Shown here in pieces: positions 24,239 through 39,006 of a stretch of 64,000 nt of DNA (its first letter is position 1; every line of letters begins with the position of its first letter). Made by a program: the position numbers and the translations under genes. Origin of the DNA: Eledone cirrhosa. Lineage: Eukaryota. Below the pieces are notes generated by a model. It was given only the letters and a program-made list of their open reading frames with translations. It had not been told where the DNA came from and did no database searches. Location: contig OZ024742.1 in the NCBI GenBank assembly GCA_964016885.1, forward strand, positions 256,990,001 through 257,054,000. The letters are read 5' to 3'.

Positions 24239-25640
24239 GGAAAAAAGATGAAATGGAAAATGCAACTGGAGTCTTTTTTTAAAAGAATATATATATCTAT
24301 TTGGTTCCTTTACCGGTTTCGCAGTTCTTCTGCTTTTCAAAAGTAGAGTTGAGATGGAGGGTCTATGGTTTTTCTCACATCTGGATGGTCTTTGAATGTT
24401 ACTTGTTTTATATGGAAAACAGTGGCTCGAAATGCCAGGTTTTAGAGAAGTAATTTGATTGGTTGTTGAATAAGTAAAATAAATTTCGCGCCATTTCGCG
24501 TTACAAAGTTCTTCAAACAAAGGAGGGGCTCAGGTTGTTTTTTTCATATATGAATGAAGTTTGGTTGGTTGATGCAGTGACGTGAATAAGCACATCAGCT
24601 TTCGCGCCAGTTTGTGTTTGAATTTCTTTTTACTTAAAAACCAAAAAAAGTGACTCACGAGGGCTTTTTTTTTATAAATGTAATTTGATTGGTTATAAAT
24701 GAAATTATGACTGTCACGTGAACAAGTACATTAAATTCACGCCCGTATTTTTGGAATTTTTTCATAGCCGTTTAGAGAATCTTGTGCTAATAATTGTCAA
24801 GAAAAAAGGGATGGACAGAGTTGTTCTGAGTATGACTGATGCGCTGAAATGTAATTTGATTTGTTATAAATGAAATTATGACTGTCACGTGAACAAGTTC
24901 ATTAAATTTCGCGCCCTTATTTTGGAATTTATTTTATAGCCTTTTAGAGAATTTTGTGCAAAAACAAAAGGTAATGGTCAAGAAAAATGGGATGGGGAGA
25001 ATAGTTCTGGTTCAGTGAATATGGCTGGTGCGCTGGGGTGTCAGAATTCAGATTTTCTATTGAAATAAAGAAAGTAGAGATATGTATGTTTATTTGTGTG
25101 CTTCTGTGTGTGTGTGTGTGTGTAGTAATATCATTCTATTAGTAGAAATGGGGGAGGGAGTTGTGTGTGTGTATGGGCGTTATGTGTGTGGGAGTATGGT
25201 TAGTATGTTAAGATGGAGAGAAAATATATATTTGTGTGTGTTTGTAGGAGAGTGATTCTATTAGTAGAAATTGGGGAGGAAATTGTGTGTGTGTGGGTGT
25301 TATGTGTGTGTGTATGAGTGTGTGGGAATATGGTTAGCATGTTAAGATGGAGAGAATATATATATTTGTGTGTGTGTGTGTGTGTATGAAAATGATTCCG
25401 TTAGTAGAAATGGGGGAGCGAGTGATGTGGGTGTGTATGGGTGGGTGTAGCATGTTAAGGTGTTAGAGTATTAGCGTATGTTAAGGTTTATTTAGTTCTG
25501 GTTTTTATTTTCTAAAGTAGGTGTTATGTGTGTGAGTATATATGTGTCTGTTTGGATGGTAAGCATGTTATGGTGTTGATATAATGTATATTAAACTATA
25601 TATATAATGTATATTAAACATAGTTTTGATTATTCTGTAA
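24235..25640 (-). mobile_element. Non-coding pLTR-type element with tandem internal modules; related fragment at 21760-22160
   Basis: HHR near the left TA array; 4 repeated ATTGG..CACGTG..TTTCGCGCC modules; sub-repeats at 25130-25420. Confidence 0.65.
24308..24343 (-). ncRNA. Minimal hammerhead ribozyme, U3-A8 variant, intact core
   Basis: CTT-TTGAAAA-GCAG aagaa CTGC-GAAA-CCGG-TA-AAG. Confidence 0.82.
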
Positions 25641-25646
25641 TTTATA

Positions 25647-25711
<65 letters not shown>

Positions 25712-25721
25712 TTATATATAT

Positions 25722-25853
25722 AAATGGAAAAAATGAAACGAAATTTCATTTCTCACTCATAGTACGGCTGTTACTTAAATATAAGTATGTATGCGTACAT
25801 ACATATATGTACACAGACGTACAGTATTATGTATATATCTATATACATACATG

Positions 25854-25886
<33 letters not shown>

Positions 25887-26431
25887 GCACGTATGGGTTT
25901 ACCGAACATTTATTATAATGCTCGGTTTGTTTCTAAAAAAACAAAAAGCCAGAATTAAGCCGTACAGTGTTTAGCAACCATCGTTGCCCACTAACAAAGG
26001 AACGCTGTACTAATTTCAAGCTTATTAGCTATCGTCAGCATCGTATACCTTCCTGTGAGATAATTGAACGTCTGAAAGTATATACTTTCCTCATGCATAT
26101 TAACGGCTGAGCAGCCTAATTTGCATATCGAGTGAATTAGTCGGCCGGGAGCACCGAAAACGATAAATGGAAAAAATGAAACGAAATGTATACGATGCTG
26201 ACGATAGCTTGAAACTAGTACATCGTTCCTTTGTCAGTGTTGAATGAAAGGGCAACGATGGTTGCTAAACACTGTATGGCTTAATTCGGGCTTATTGTTT
26301 GTTTACAAACAAACCGAGCATTATAATAAATGTTCGGTACACCCATACGTGCATATATATATGTGTGCATGTGTGTATATATATACATGCTACTGTACGT
26401 CTGTATACATATATGTATGTACCTATACATA

Positions 26432-26436
<5 letters not shown>
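25722..26436. mobile_element. Non-autonomous PLE-like element with inverted duplication and two HHRs (26002-26044 -, 26192-26226 +); second copy at 38231-38926
   Basis: ACGATG-CTGACGA-TAGCT aata AGCTT-GAAA-(C/T)TAG-TA-CA(T/G)CGT; TA arrays on both sides. Confidence 0.8.
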
Positions 26437-26466
<30 letters not shown>

Positions 26467-26619
26467 TACAGAATAATCAAAACTATGTTCAACATATTTT
26501 ATGGCTGACAATCATTTCTTCCAATCATTCGTTTGGATTCGGCGGGGCACCAGCAAAGTTTAGACATATAATTTACCTCCTATTCTATAGAACAATTGTA
26601 AAGACACGTAGATATTAGT

Positions 26620-27470
26620 GATATAACAAATCGGTTTTACTGATACTGGAACACAAAAAAACAACACTAATAATTCCAAGATATTGGAATAGCCAATATT
26701 GGAAGAATTAAAGTTTCTTCATCGAAAGGAGAAATCTGGGATTAAAGGGAGAATGTGTATGCATATCGTACATACCATGTGTTTGCCAGACCGCATGGTG
26801 AAAAGCATCCCTGAATTACTATATGAATATATCGCTCTCAATGTATTAGGACAACATGACGGGCTCATAATAATGCTGGAAATAGCAGCCAAAATATACT
26901 CAACAATGAAATAACAGTTCATAAATATTAGTTCACAACGTTAACTTCTTCTAATACCTATAAATCATCATAAAAGTTAAGTTTTAATAATAAATTATCT
27001 ACTCCGAGAAGTAATAAAATATATTAAACGTAAGCCAATATGTCAAGTCGGGGTATATATCCTAGCTAAAATCAGTGAATTTTAAATATACAGGTCCCCG
27101 ATCATAGATTTCTGGAAAGCACAAACCGACACTAATAATTAGGAGAAATTAGAATTACCAATATTGAAAAAATTACCTTCATCAGGAAAATAATTCTTTG
27201 GAATAACGTTGATAATATGAATACATATCATACGTACCTTGTAGCTGTCGGACCGCATAATGAACAAGGTGTTGCATAGCTAAATTACGATATGAATATA
27301 TTCCATTCATTGCGGAAGAATTAGCGTTGACATTTTAGTTCCAGAAACCATGGTCGGGAAACTGTATCAGTAAAACGGACTTATTTTTGACAGTCGAGCT
27401 TATATCCCTCCCAATTGTATATTGGCTTATGTTTAATATATTATTACATCTCTGAGTAGATAAGTTATTA
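26620..27470. mobile_element. Old pLTR-type element with diverged direct (26660-26830/27120-27300) and inverted (26985-27060/27398-27470) repeats; HHR at 27095-27188 (-)
   Basis: TTCC-TGATGA..GAAA-TC tat GA-TC-GGGG on - strand; half motif GAAACCATGGTC at ~27344. Confidence 0.5.
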
Positions 27471-27582
27471 ATATATCTTATCCTTTCATTAAAGATGGCT
27501 AATTAATCACCTCCTTTACACAGACGAGAAAACCATATATTTTCGCCTGTTTACAAGTCCAGCAGTCGCAAGTTTGGGAGGG

Positions 27583-27626
27583 ATCATCCTGATGAGGACC
27601 ATTTATGCTCGAAATGCATCGACGAT
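27583..27626 (+). ncRNA. Minimal hammerhead motif
   Basis: ATCATC-CTGATGA-G...GCTC-GAAA-TGCA-TC-GACGAT; palindromic stem III ATGCAT. Confidence 0.7.
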
Positions 27627-27750
27627 TGTCACCCTTGCTTCTGCTGGTCACCAACAGAGGGCGTTAGCTCCGGCGTTCGTGCATAACAATGGCTTTCTAA
27701 ATGCTTACCTGTAAACATAACGTATTTCTTTAGAAATACGAAATTTTAAT

Positions 27751-27795
<45 letters not shown>

Positions 27796-28049
27796 CATGT
27801 GTGTGTGTGTCTGTGTGTAAAATATAAAACGAAGTTTTATATTTGCATTTTTATTGACTATTAACCTGTTGCGTACATTTCACAGACAATGGGCTCAAGA
27901 TCCATATGCATGTTTTAAACACAACATCGACATCATACTTTTTATTGAAGCTAAAAATAAAATATCATATCGGGCATGCCGTATCGCATGGAATATTTAT
28001 TTATACACACATACAATTATCTACAAGAATTAATTATGTGGTTTTGTAA

Positions 28050-28076
28050 GTATGTGTGTGTGTGTGTGTGTGTGTA

Positions 28077-28162
<86 letters not shown>

Positions 28163-28215
28163 TGTGTGTGTGTGTGTGTTTTGTGTGTGTTTACATGTAT
28201 ATGTGTGTGTGTATG
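28050..28215. repeat. (GT)n microsatellite (others at 30060-30265 and 50170-50300)
   Basis: Direct reading. Confidence 0.95.
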
Positions 28216-29378
28216 TGTTTAAATTCACACGCATACTATGAATTATACACATTATATGTTTTCTAGACGAATCATATTCATGATTATTATCATCCATCAC
28301 AAATTCAAGATAATCCTGATCACGTGGGTAATGATACAATACACCAGTAAATTAGTTGTTTCGATCTAATCGATTTTCTTTTAACTCAAAATTGCTGGCC
28401 ATTTGCTTAAATTAGAAACCATTTTCATCATCATCCTCTTAAATAGGTTTATTTCTTTGATTTTTATGGATTACTCAAAAAATATTTTGATATATTAAGA
28501 TAATTGCATTCCTTGTAAAAGCAACAAACCAACAACTAATACAAGAAGAAAATAACAAAAATACGTTGATGAAACAGGCAGATGGATATTGTATCTTGAT
28601 ATGACACCCATGTATAATTTTGAAAATGTTTCTTCGAAACTGAACGTGCAATTAATACTTGAGTTTTACAGTAATATTATTGATCGAAAACATATTAAAG
28701 TGGATTGCCTTAACTGCATGGTAGGCTGTGTACTATGTTCTTGGGTTGTGCATGCATTATATCTTTGTGTGTGTGTCTGTCTTTCTGTCTGTCTTCTGTC
28801 CGTGTGTGTGTGTCTTTATTTATTTATCAATGCGTTTATTTCCTTGTCACTAGTTGGCTGCTCCTTCTATGTTTGTGTATGGGTTGTTTTATTATTCTGT
28901 GTCTTATGTATCTGTTTGTGTCTTTATCTTGTCGTTAATTACTAGTTGTGGTGCTGTTGCTATTCCACTCATTTTGTGTTTCATTTTGGTTAGAGTTCGT
29001 TTATATTTATCGCTTCAGAATTTGTTAGACCATTACGCCTTTTCTCTTTGTGAACATGATCTTTATTTCTATGTTTTCTAGTGTACTCCCTTCTTCCATT
29101 TTGGCAGGCTGGTGGAGAAATGTTAAGTCATTTCTACTATGGTGCGAGCTGTCTCGCCATGTAAGTTGTGTTCCCATTCCTACACAGTGGGCTTACTTTG
29201 CATTTATATAGCTTCATTGATATAAGAAGTTCCGAAAGTAAGTGAATGAACTTACATAAAGATGGTAAAAGATCAATTTTTTTTCATATACACATATGTA
29301 TACATATACACACACGCTCTCTCACACCTATACACACACACACCCGTGCGCGCACGTGCGCACACACATATACAAACA

Positions 29379-29418
<40 letters not shown>

Positions 29419-30056
29419 TACACACACACATATATATATATATATATATGTATATTTATGCAAAAGGCAAACAGAAATAAGAAAGCAAATGACAAAGTAC
29501 AATCAAGAAATATCTTATTAGATTTACGATTGATATACACTTTGAAATTTGTATTTTGTTCGTTGTCTTCTCCTCGCTATGTTATTTTCCTCAAATGTAT
29601 CAATACTCATGTGACGAACATGTTTTTGATTCTGCCCCCATTTAACAGACATCTTACTGTCTTTTTCTTGCTTTTTTTTCCTTTCTGCTTCGTTTTTTTT
29701 TTTTATTCATTCATGACTCTCCTGCTGTAAGAAGCCCAAAATGTTTTCATTGACATGCCATATAATTCTACGTGTACCAGCTGCAGCTTAATGGCTATTA
29801 ATTCATGTTTTGTATCTCATCACTTACTCCACTGACAGCGTTTTGCTTGTGTCAGACGTGGTGACCCAGTGTGGGACAGCAGTATCGTTGGTGGGGGCGG
29901 AAACTGCTGAAATCTACGTTACTAGAGTCCCCTATCCTTCGTTTGTCTTTTTATTTAAAAAAATAATATTTTAAGTTTCCCCATTTAAAATATTTTTCGT
30001 TCGTTTCGTGTCCTCTGTTATTATTTTGCTTAAACTATATATATATATATATTATA

Positions 30057-30155
<99 letters not shown>

Positions 30156-31258
30156 GTCTGTGTGTGTGTCTGCGTGTGTGTGTGTGCATGTGTGTGTGTG
30201 TGCATGTGTGTGTGTGTGCATGTGTGTGTGTGTGCATGTGTGTGTGTGTGCATGTGTGAGTGTGTAAATATAGATAGATAGGTAGATAGATACCTTGACA
30301 TAGAAAATCAGAAAGATTATAAAAGTACCTTACATAAAGATGGTAAATTCCTCTGTTTCTCTATTTCTATACAGCTGCCTCGGAGAGTAATACCGCTGGT
30401 GCCAAATACCAAATAAATCGCACCATTAAGGCAACCCAAACCCTCATCAATAGATATTTATCTTACGGAACCTAAAGGGTGAAAGCAGGGTGAAAGGGTA
30501 AAAGCAGCGATTATTTGCTTAAACTTTAATCTGTTATTTTAATAAATATATATATTGTATATATATATATATTTTATATATATATATATATATTATATAT
30601 ATATATATATGTATTTTATATGTATATATATATAGTTGTGCGTACATATATATATATACACACCTGTATGGATTTGTGTGTGTAGATGTGTGTGTGTCTG
30701 AGTGGGTAGGTGTGAGTGTATATATAAGTCAACCAACATAAGCCTTTTATTTCTAAATTTTCTAAACTATCTAAGTATTTGACTCTAACCATTATTTTAA
30801 GTATTACCACCCCACATTAATTCCTCAATTTGTATGTGTGGATGTGTGTGTGAGTGTACGTGCAAGCCAACCTACATAAGTCTTTTTATTTGTAAATTTT
30901 CTACTCTAACCATAAATTTCAGTAGCACCACTCCACATTAATTCCTCAATTTAAGAATGACCTGTAGTATCTATTTCATACTATTAACCTTAATTGAATA
31001 GATATCTGACCAGGAATGCTTTTTGTGAAAATCAGTCATATGGAACTATTATCACCTTGCCTGACGGTTTGAACTTTATAACACCACCTGCCTCTTTAAG
31101 GTCAAATACCAACTCTACTAGCATCTACAAACTGACCAATGAGAATTAAGACTATTCCTGCTGACAACATTAAATTATTCCTAACAAGCTCATATGTACC
31201 AATGTTCTGACACCATCAACACTATAAACACAGAGCTGGCATATCTAAGAACTGACTA

Positions 31259-31323
31259 ACTGCCTGATGAGGTCATAGCGATTCAAAGGCTCTCATGGCT
31301 ATCATCGAAATATATATAGAAGT
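31259..31323 (+). ncRNA. Hammerhead ribozyme at the 3' end of a pLTR-type element (~30660-31370)
   Basis: ACTGC-CTGATGA-GGTCATAGC...GCTATCATC-GAAA-TATATA-TA-GAAGT. Confidence 0.75.
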
Positions 31324-31392
31324 AAATAAAGGATTATGTGTTCATGCAATTGACTTATGTTTCGTCACTATATATATATATATATATATATA

Positions 31393-32390
31393 TACTATGT
31401 TTAATAAATGTTATTGCTGACAATCGTTTCTGCCAAACAACCGCTTGGATTCATCAGAGCATTGGCAAAGCTGAAAGGTGAACATTGTGAAGCAACAAGT
31501 TTCGTTGACGCATGTATTAAGAGTGGATCCGATAAATCATTAAGTGAAAAATCTAAGCAGGAGTAAAGCTGTTGTGTGGTAACAGAAATGTTATGTAGTA
31601 TTAAGATCTGTATATGTAGCGATATAATCATATTTAAAACCGTTTCTATGTGAGTTTATGGTGGATGTAATGTGATAAATGTCTGGTAATGTTTAAATGT
31701 ATATGTGCTGTGTGTATAGATATTGAGGTTTCTTTTACCATTTCATTAGTTATATTTAAGAAGTGTTTTTAAATAATATTTAAATAGATACAATTATTGG
31801 TTGTATATTGCCCTTATTACAATCATATTAAGGGTTAGAGATGTTCTGGAGTGATCTATTTTTAGTCAGATATTAATTTTTCGAGTTGGTGTGGTTATGT
31901 CTAACGATTTCAATTCAAGGAAGTGATTGGAGATCTTCCAATGTTCACCTTATATCCTACCCATGTATTCCTTACTGCTTAATATCCTATTACACCTATA
32001 TTTTGTGACATATTTGCCATATTATGTTATATATGCTTAATACTTTTGCTTTCTTTACTATATTATTCTTTTTATATGCCTAATACCCCTGTATTCTTAC
32101 TGTCTATATGCATATGTGCCACTAATGTCCTCCTTTGCGAGTAACTTTCTTTTATATTTTTTAATAATCTTTATTATACCCATTGCTACTGACCACAACA
32201 TCTTCACTCTCTTCAAATATGTCACTATTGATAGCAACAATATCAACATATCTTTATGATTGTTCTGTAGAATAGGAATTTAATTACATGTTTAAGCTTT
32301 GCCAATGCTCCGATGATTCCAAACGGCTGTTTGGAAAAAAACGATTGTCAGCAATAACATGTATTAAACCAAGTTTTGATTGTTCTGTAC
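31393..32390. mobile_element. Element with head-to-head inverted pLTR ends, each bearing an HHR (31416-31460 -, 32307-32352 +); degenerate relative at 26465-26600
   Basis: GCT-CTGATGA-..CCAAGC ggtt GTTTGG..-GAAA-C gatt G-TC-AGC. Confidence 0.72.
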
Positions 32391-32815
32391 ATTATATTCC
32401 TACTCTGCAAGACATCTGATGTATTTATATTGAGGTAGTTTTCACACCGGTAATAAGGTGGTAAAAGAAAAAAAAAGAAAAGAATACTGTTTATAATTAT
32501 ATATAGTTTATATATAAGTATAAATAATAATATCATTATTATAATATATGCTTTTTACATTCATTTCATTTATTGATTTATTAATAATTTATTTGAGTGT
32601 CCCGAATCTTCCATATCGAAATTTTTAGGTTATTTAGTTGATTGTAGACATATTCTACGTGTAACGGTATTTTAACGATAGTTATAGCTCTGGTTTATTT
32701 GAATTATAGAGCCCTCTGCCGCTCATCTCGAATTTTGTTTATCGTGAACTCGTGCGCCGATTTTTCGATACTCGATTATTCTACTATATATATATATATA
32801 TACAGAAAGAAAGAA

Positions 32816-33048
<233 letters not shown>

Positions 33049-33172
33049 GGAAATGTGTAACTACGACTTTGCTTATCTATTTATGAATATTAAGAAACCC
33101 AATACATGGACATGTAAACATTTCAAAAAATACTAATTTCCCTACGAATTGAAAAACAAAAACGATAAACAA

Positions 33173-33215
33173 CTTTAATCGGTTTCCGGACCAAATTGGA
33201 TTCTCATCAGAAGGC
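33173..33215 (-). ncRNA. Hammerhead-like motif, weak stems
   Basis: CTT-CTGATGA-GAATCCAA tt TGGTCCG-GAAA-CCGATT-AAAG. Confidence 0.45.
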
Positions 33216-34959
33216 ATATATATATCATGTAAACAACCAGAGGCCTCATACAATCATTCGCTCCTAACACTATACTGGAATTGCCATACTAATTTTCATA
33301 TAATTAGCGGACCTCTGTGTCGTCAACTAAGATATATATTACGAAGAAGCCGTCGAAATGTGCAAGAAATTAATATCTGTATATATTCATAATGGATAAC
33401 TGAGAATGCGCCAATGTCTATATAGACATACACATATCTAATAAGCCTATTTAGTCTATTATGTCAAGTATTCCAATCAAATGGTCTTCTTAGACATATG
33501 TGTTTTATTACTGAAGGTAGTTTATCTGCTAATGTCATGGATAATATATTTATGCTAAGAATAAATGATTTACTATTATACATTGCTTTTCTTTTAAATT
33601 TATTATGAAGAACTCTTGCCGGTAGTATTTTCCTATGCCATAATGTTGCTATTCATAATCAATGTAGCTGTCTACATGTGACCTGTCTGTTGCAGGATGT
33701 GGTGGCATGCTGCTGTGTGGTTTAGGATTAAGCTTAGCATCGTAAAGTTAGGATTACAATTCCGGGTGGTGTGCTGTGTCCTACCGTAAGATACTTTACT
33801 TCACGTTTCTGAAACCCACTTAGGTGGAGAACCGGAGATCGTACCCGTGATTAAAGAGCCAAACTGCCACACACAATGTCGAGATTACTATCCCTTTGAA
33901 TTAGGTTAAAGATACAAGCGTAAATTTCCGTTGATCACACTACTGACATTCTAGCGGTCATTTATATGGGATCGCAATTACAGGAGACATCCTCAAATAT
34001 GTCTTGAGCCGACATAAGTACTCATCTTTGTAGTATAGAAAAATGCAATAAAACGACACGAGTTACCCCTTTCGGGTGTCGAATCCATCATATTATGATC
34101 ATGAGGCCAACATCCTAACCACTCGGCTATACTCCTTCTGATTTTTCTGCATACGTAGATCATGAAAATCGTACGTCTGATATATAATTTTAATCAACGT
34201 ATATGAAGCAAATGATTCTATCTATCGCTAGGTTGTGAGGAAAATCAAAATTTCTATTTTATTATTTAGATAAACGTGATGTACACTAATATTGGACTAT
34301 TGTCAGCAACTAACTTGAAAATATATTTTACGAACAATGGAATTTGCTCAAAGGAAAATAAAATCGATGTTGCCACTGTTTATGTTTGTCTCACGAAAGC
34401 TTCAGATTGTAAATTTGTAAACATGTATATTAGTATGGGGGAATGTATAAGAAAAAAATATATTTGTATATATTTATATACTTATTCTGAACTATTCTTG
34501 GATATAATTTCCCTATGAGATTTACATATTTACACCTTCTTTGTTCCAACACCTCTTGCCAAGTAAGAAAGCAGTAAACATTTGATATTATATTATATTT
34601 CAGCTGCAGCAGGAAATAACTCACGACATTTAGATGTAATTTTCTCTCTGTCTATGAAATGGTGTCTTTAAAAAAATCACAAAATACCTTTACATGAAGG
34701 GGCTTGCAGGCGATATTTATGGTACGCACATGAGAAATGAATTTTATACACAGGCACAAATTTCCATGCACAGAAATATTAATGCCCACCCTTACTTACT
34801 TACAATGTGTATATATTATATTATATATATATATGCGTGTGTGCGTGTGTGTGTGTGTGTGTGTGTATGTGTGTGTACGTACTGCTATGTATATATATAT
34901 ATAAATATATAAGCGGGACTCAAGTGCAGTACCCGCAAAAATAGAGCACGAGTTGAGGT

Positions 34960-35300
34960 ACAATATATGTGGCCGATTTCTTCTCACATGGGTTGGTTTT
35001 GTAAAGAATCTGAAATCACAAGATCGAGAAAGAAATCGAGCCAAATGTGTGATAGTTCTACCACCACCTCCTCCACGGTTCATATGCAGTGAGTATGGCT
35101 TAATTTAGATGTCAGCAGGTGGACTGATCAAATGGAAAAATGCATGAAGACACACCCCATCCAGTTTTGTCAGGGAGACAGACAGATAGTCCATGTGTCA
35201 CATCTGTGAAGGTACCGGCAAAACAATATCTGGTCGGAAATGTCACCTGCGTGCATATAATCGTGCAATTTTGAATGGAACGATGGCATTCTTCTGACAA
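34960..35300 (+). pseudogene. Decayed C2H2 zinc-finger repeats, probably the 3' end of an RTE-clade LINE
   Basis: Manual translation: ICGRFLLTWVGFVKNLKSQ, FICSEYGL..SAGGLIK, CHICEGTGKTISGRKCHLRAY. Confidence 0.45.
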
Positions 35301-35333
35301 GAATTAGCAATAAGCATATATATATTTATATAT

Positions 35334-37686
35334 AAGAAGAAATTAAAAGATGGTTAAAAAAGTTCTATATATTTTATTATGCGCATTTCAAAAACAAATA
35401 TCATCCTGGGACGATAGTTGCGTTCTCATCAGAGAAAATAAGGTAACATGATATGATGGCTAAAAAAACACTTGTGAACAAGAAAGTGTCCAATCAACAT
35501 ATGATAAAAAAATATAAAAGGAGAGAGAAGATTGGAAAAAAGAAGGAAGAGGGAAAAGGAAAAACAAGGAGAAAATAATGGAGGAAAAATTTAAGAAGGA
35601 AGGAGGAGAGAGAGAAAGAGAAAGGAGAGAGACTTTTAATCGTGAAACACTGTCAACACTGAAAAACAGCTGTGAATAGCGGCTAAAAAAATAAATATAT
35701 ACGGCTACGAAATAAATAAATAAATTGATGAGGTTTAAGTGCTTAAATTACAGATATAGAAACAAGGTATATTATTTATTTCGGTTTTATATACTAAAAA
35801 AAATTGATTAAGAGGTGTGAAAATGTATTATTAAAATAAAATAAAGTAAAATAAATTGAAAGATTTAGAAGCGTAGAAGCTATATAATGTCATAGTTTGT
35901 TTAAATAGAGTTTAATTGAAAAAGTGAGAAAAATGTGTGAAGAGATATTTATGTGAAAAAAAAAAAATGTATGTAGACAAAAATAAATAAGAATCGTCAA
36001 ACCATGTCAAAAATTAAAAATTAAAAATTTACTATTAAAAATTATGGATTATATATAAAAATTATAGATTATATATAAAGAAATTATATATGTGGGAAAA
36101 CTATTTAAATATTTAAATATTATTTTAATCAATAAGTAAATAAAGGAAAATGTTATAATTATTTAAGCGTAGAAAAAAGCGTAGAAAAAGCGAAGGAAAA
36201 AACAAAATCTACGAAGGTTTATACTGAAAAAAAATTGATATGATAAAGGAGGAAAAATGAGCGCCTTAAAAAATAGTGAGAAAAAGAATATAAAGAAACC
36301 TTAAATATGAACTATTTAAATATTATTTTGTATCACCAAGTAGATAAAGGTATTTGCTAGAGCCTTTTAAAGCGTAAAAGACCAAATAACGTCATAGTAT
36401 GTTTAAAACTTTGTAGAATGTACTGAAATATGCGAGAAAAAGTTTTAAAAGATATTTGTGTAAAAAAAGAATATATATATATATATGTGTGTGTGTAAAA
36501 AATGTTAACCTTTATTCGTGGAATGAGATATAAGGTACTAGCTGTATACTTTGTGAAATGACCTAAGAGATTTATGGATGCAGAGAGCAAATAAATCGGT
36601 GCGTCTATTTATTATAGTGTTAAAATTCAAGATAATGGTACATTTTTCAGCTAGACATAAACGACAAGCCCAAGATAGGGAAGCATTAGAATATAGTATT
36701 GCATATTTTACGCCAATAAATTTTGTAATTAATGTTTTTGTCTTTTAAGGACCAGATGAGTTCTGAGAATGCAGTGTTTGTCCTTTTAAGTGGATATTTA
36801 AATGAAGAAGAATGGTTATATAGTCTTGCCTTAAAAGAAGTAGAAGTAAAGCCAATGTAGGTATAAGAATTGGTGATAGTTAGCACTTTACATTCGTTTC
36901 CTAGATTTTTATCGAGACAGAAATTATTATGAGAACATTTAGTTCTATTAGGATAGTTGCATTTACGGTTAATATTATTAACAGAGTTATTTGAAAGTGG
37001 CCCAGGATTAATTATAATAGGAATTGTAGTGGGGGAATTAGCTAAAGGAGGTGCTAATATTTATTGATTTAGATTACAATTTGAAGCACTCATCAAAGTT
37101 ACGTTTGACGTCGTATTTATATTTAAGTTATCTTGTCTAGAGTTTACATTGACGTGGGGCCTTATAGTGTTATCATTATGACGCTCAATGTTGAATGCAT
37201 ATGAGTTATTATTTAATATTTTAGTATTATATTTTGAGATAATGTTAGAAATGTTGGAAGTGGTGGGATATGAGAATTTAATGTTATGCTTATTAAAAAT
37301 CTTACTATAAGTATGTGAAGGAGGGAAGCAATTATCTAACGCCCTAAAAAATAATTTAGAGATATTACTAAAGAGAGAATAGAGCTTTGTACCAAATGAT
37401 ATTTTTATATCTTGGTCTCTTCTTAAGTTATTGGTATGCTTATAACTAGCTATATTACTATAATTTCTGCCAAGATTGGTTTATTTAGTGTATTTAATTT
37501 TTTCTGGATATCAAGCTCGGGACAACGCATTATTGTAATAGTTGGCGTTAGCATCAAATATAAGTTTATTAGAAGATAGATAAGAGATTATTTTTTCAAC
37601 ATTTCTGACTAAAGCAGTTTTAACATTAATAGGGTGGTTTGATTTAAAATGTACATATTTAGGTTCTCATTATCCTTATAGTATGG
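35334..37686 (-). mobile_element. 5'-truncated decayed PLE (Naiad-like thumb + GIY-YIG) with pLTR HHR at 35371-35439; inverted pLTR copy at 39365-39532
   Basis: YIGFTSTSFKARLYNHSSSF..FSELIWSLK; YVHFKSNHP; 35334-35480 is the reverse complement of 39392-39532. Confidence 0.75.
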
Positions 37687-37687
37687 G

Positions 37688-37727
<40 letters not shown>

Positions 37728-37904
37728 CAAAGGAAATGTGGTAAGGAACCAGATGGACCATAACGCACCAGAGTACTCAATACTTAGAGTAGTAGAGTGG
37801 GCAATAGGAAACAGTATGAAGCCGACGGCAGAGCGCAAGCCTTTCCGAAATAGTCCAGAAATAGCCGTCGAAACGGGTTGAGCTCTGCCGTCGGGGTCAT
37901 ACAT

Positions 37905-38021
<117 letters not shown>

Positions 38022-38193
38022 ATCAGTTTATCCCGAGTTCAATTGGGGGTAACCACATTAAGTAAGGTAATCAATACATAGCAAAGTATAAATATTTAAA
38101 AGAGAAATTGCTTCTACAAGAGTAGAACTGTTTCATTCGGGAACAATCATCATGATTTCTCCCGAATGTAGCAGTTCTAGTCTTGTAGAAGGC

Positions 38194-38230
<37 letters not shown>

Positions 38231-38235
<5 letters not shown>

Positions 38236-38923
38236 GAAATTTCATTTCTCACTCTTAGTACGGCTGATACTTAAACATAGGTATGTATACGTACATACAT
38301 ATATTCATACAGCCGTACAGTAGTACACTGTACTGTTTAATGCAGGCTGTTTGTTTACAAACAAACTGAGCATTATAATAAATGTTCGGTAAAACCATAC
38401 GTACATATATATATATATATGTGTGCATGTATGTATGTATATACATACTACTGTACTGTAAGTCTGTATACATATATGTATGTACGAATACATACTTATA
38501 TTTAAGTATCAGCCGTACTAAGAGTGAGAAATGACATTTCATTTTTTCCACTTATCGTTTTCGGTAAACCCGGCCGACTAACTCACTTGATAAGCAAATT
38601 AGGCTGCTCAGCCGTTAATATGCATAAGGAAAGTATATACTTTCAAACGTTCAATCTACTGACAGGAAGCTATACGGTGCTGGTGACAGCTAATAAGCTA
38701 GAAACTAGTTCACCTTTCCTTTTTCAGTGTTGAACAAAAAGGCAACGATGGTTGCCGAAGACTGTACGGCTTAATGCGGACTGTTTGTTTACAAACAAAC
38801 TGAGCATTATAATAAATGTTCGGTAAACCCATACGTACATATAAATATATATGTGTGTGATTGTATGTATGTATATACATACTACCGTACGTCTGTATAC
38901 ATATATGCATGTACGTATACATA

Positions 38924-38926
<3 letters not shown>
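38231..38926. mobile_element. Second copy of the 25722 non-autonomous family; HHR with A6G change at 38676-38714
   Basis: Shared CATTTCTCACTCTTAGTACGGCTG and GAGCATTATAATAAATGTTCGGT; GGTG-CTGGTGA-CAGCT aata AGCTA-GAAA-CTAG-TT-CACC. Confidence 0.78.

Positions 38927-39006
<80 letters not shown>

Noticed and set aside
24450-24920. CRISPR-like spaced repeats
   Set aside because: Eukaryotic context, degenerate repeats, related spacers and no cas genes; these are internal tandem duplications.
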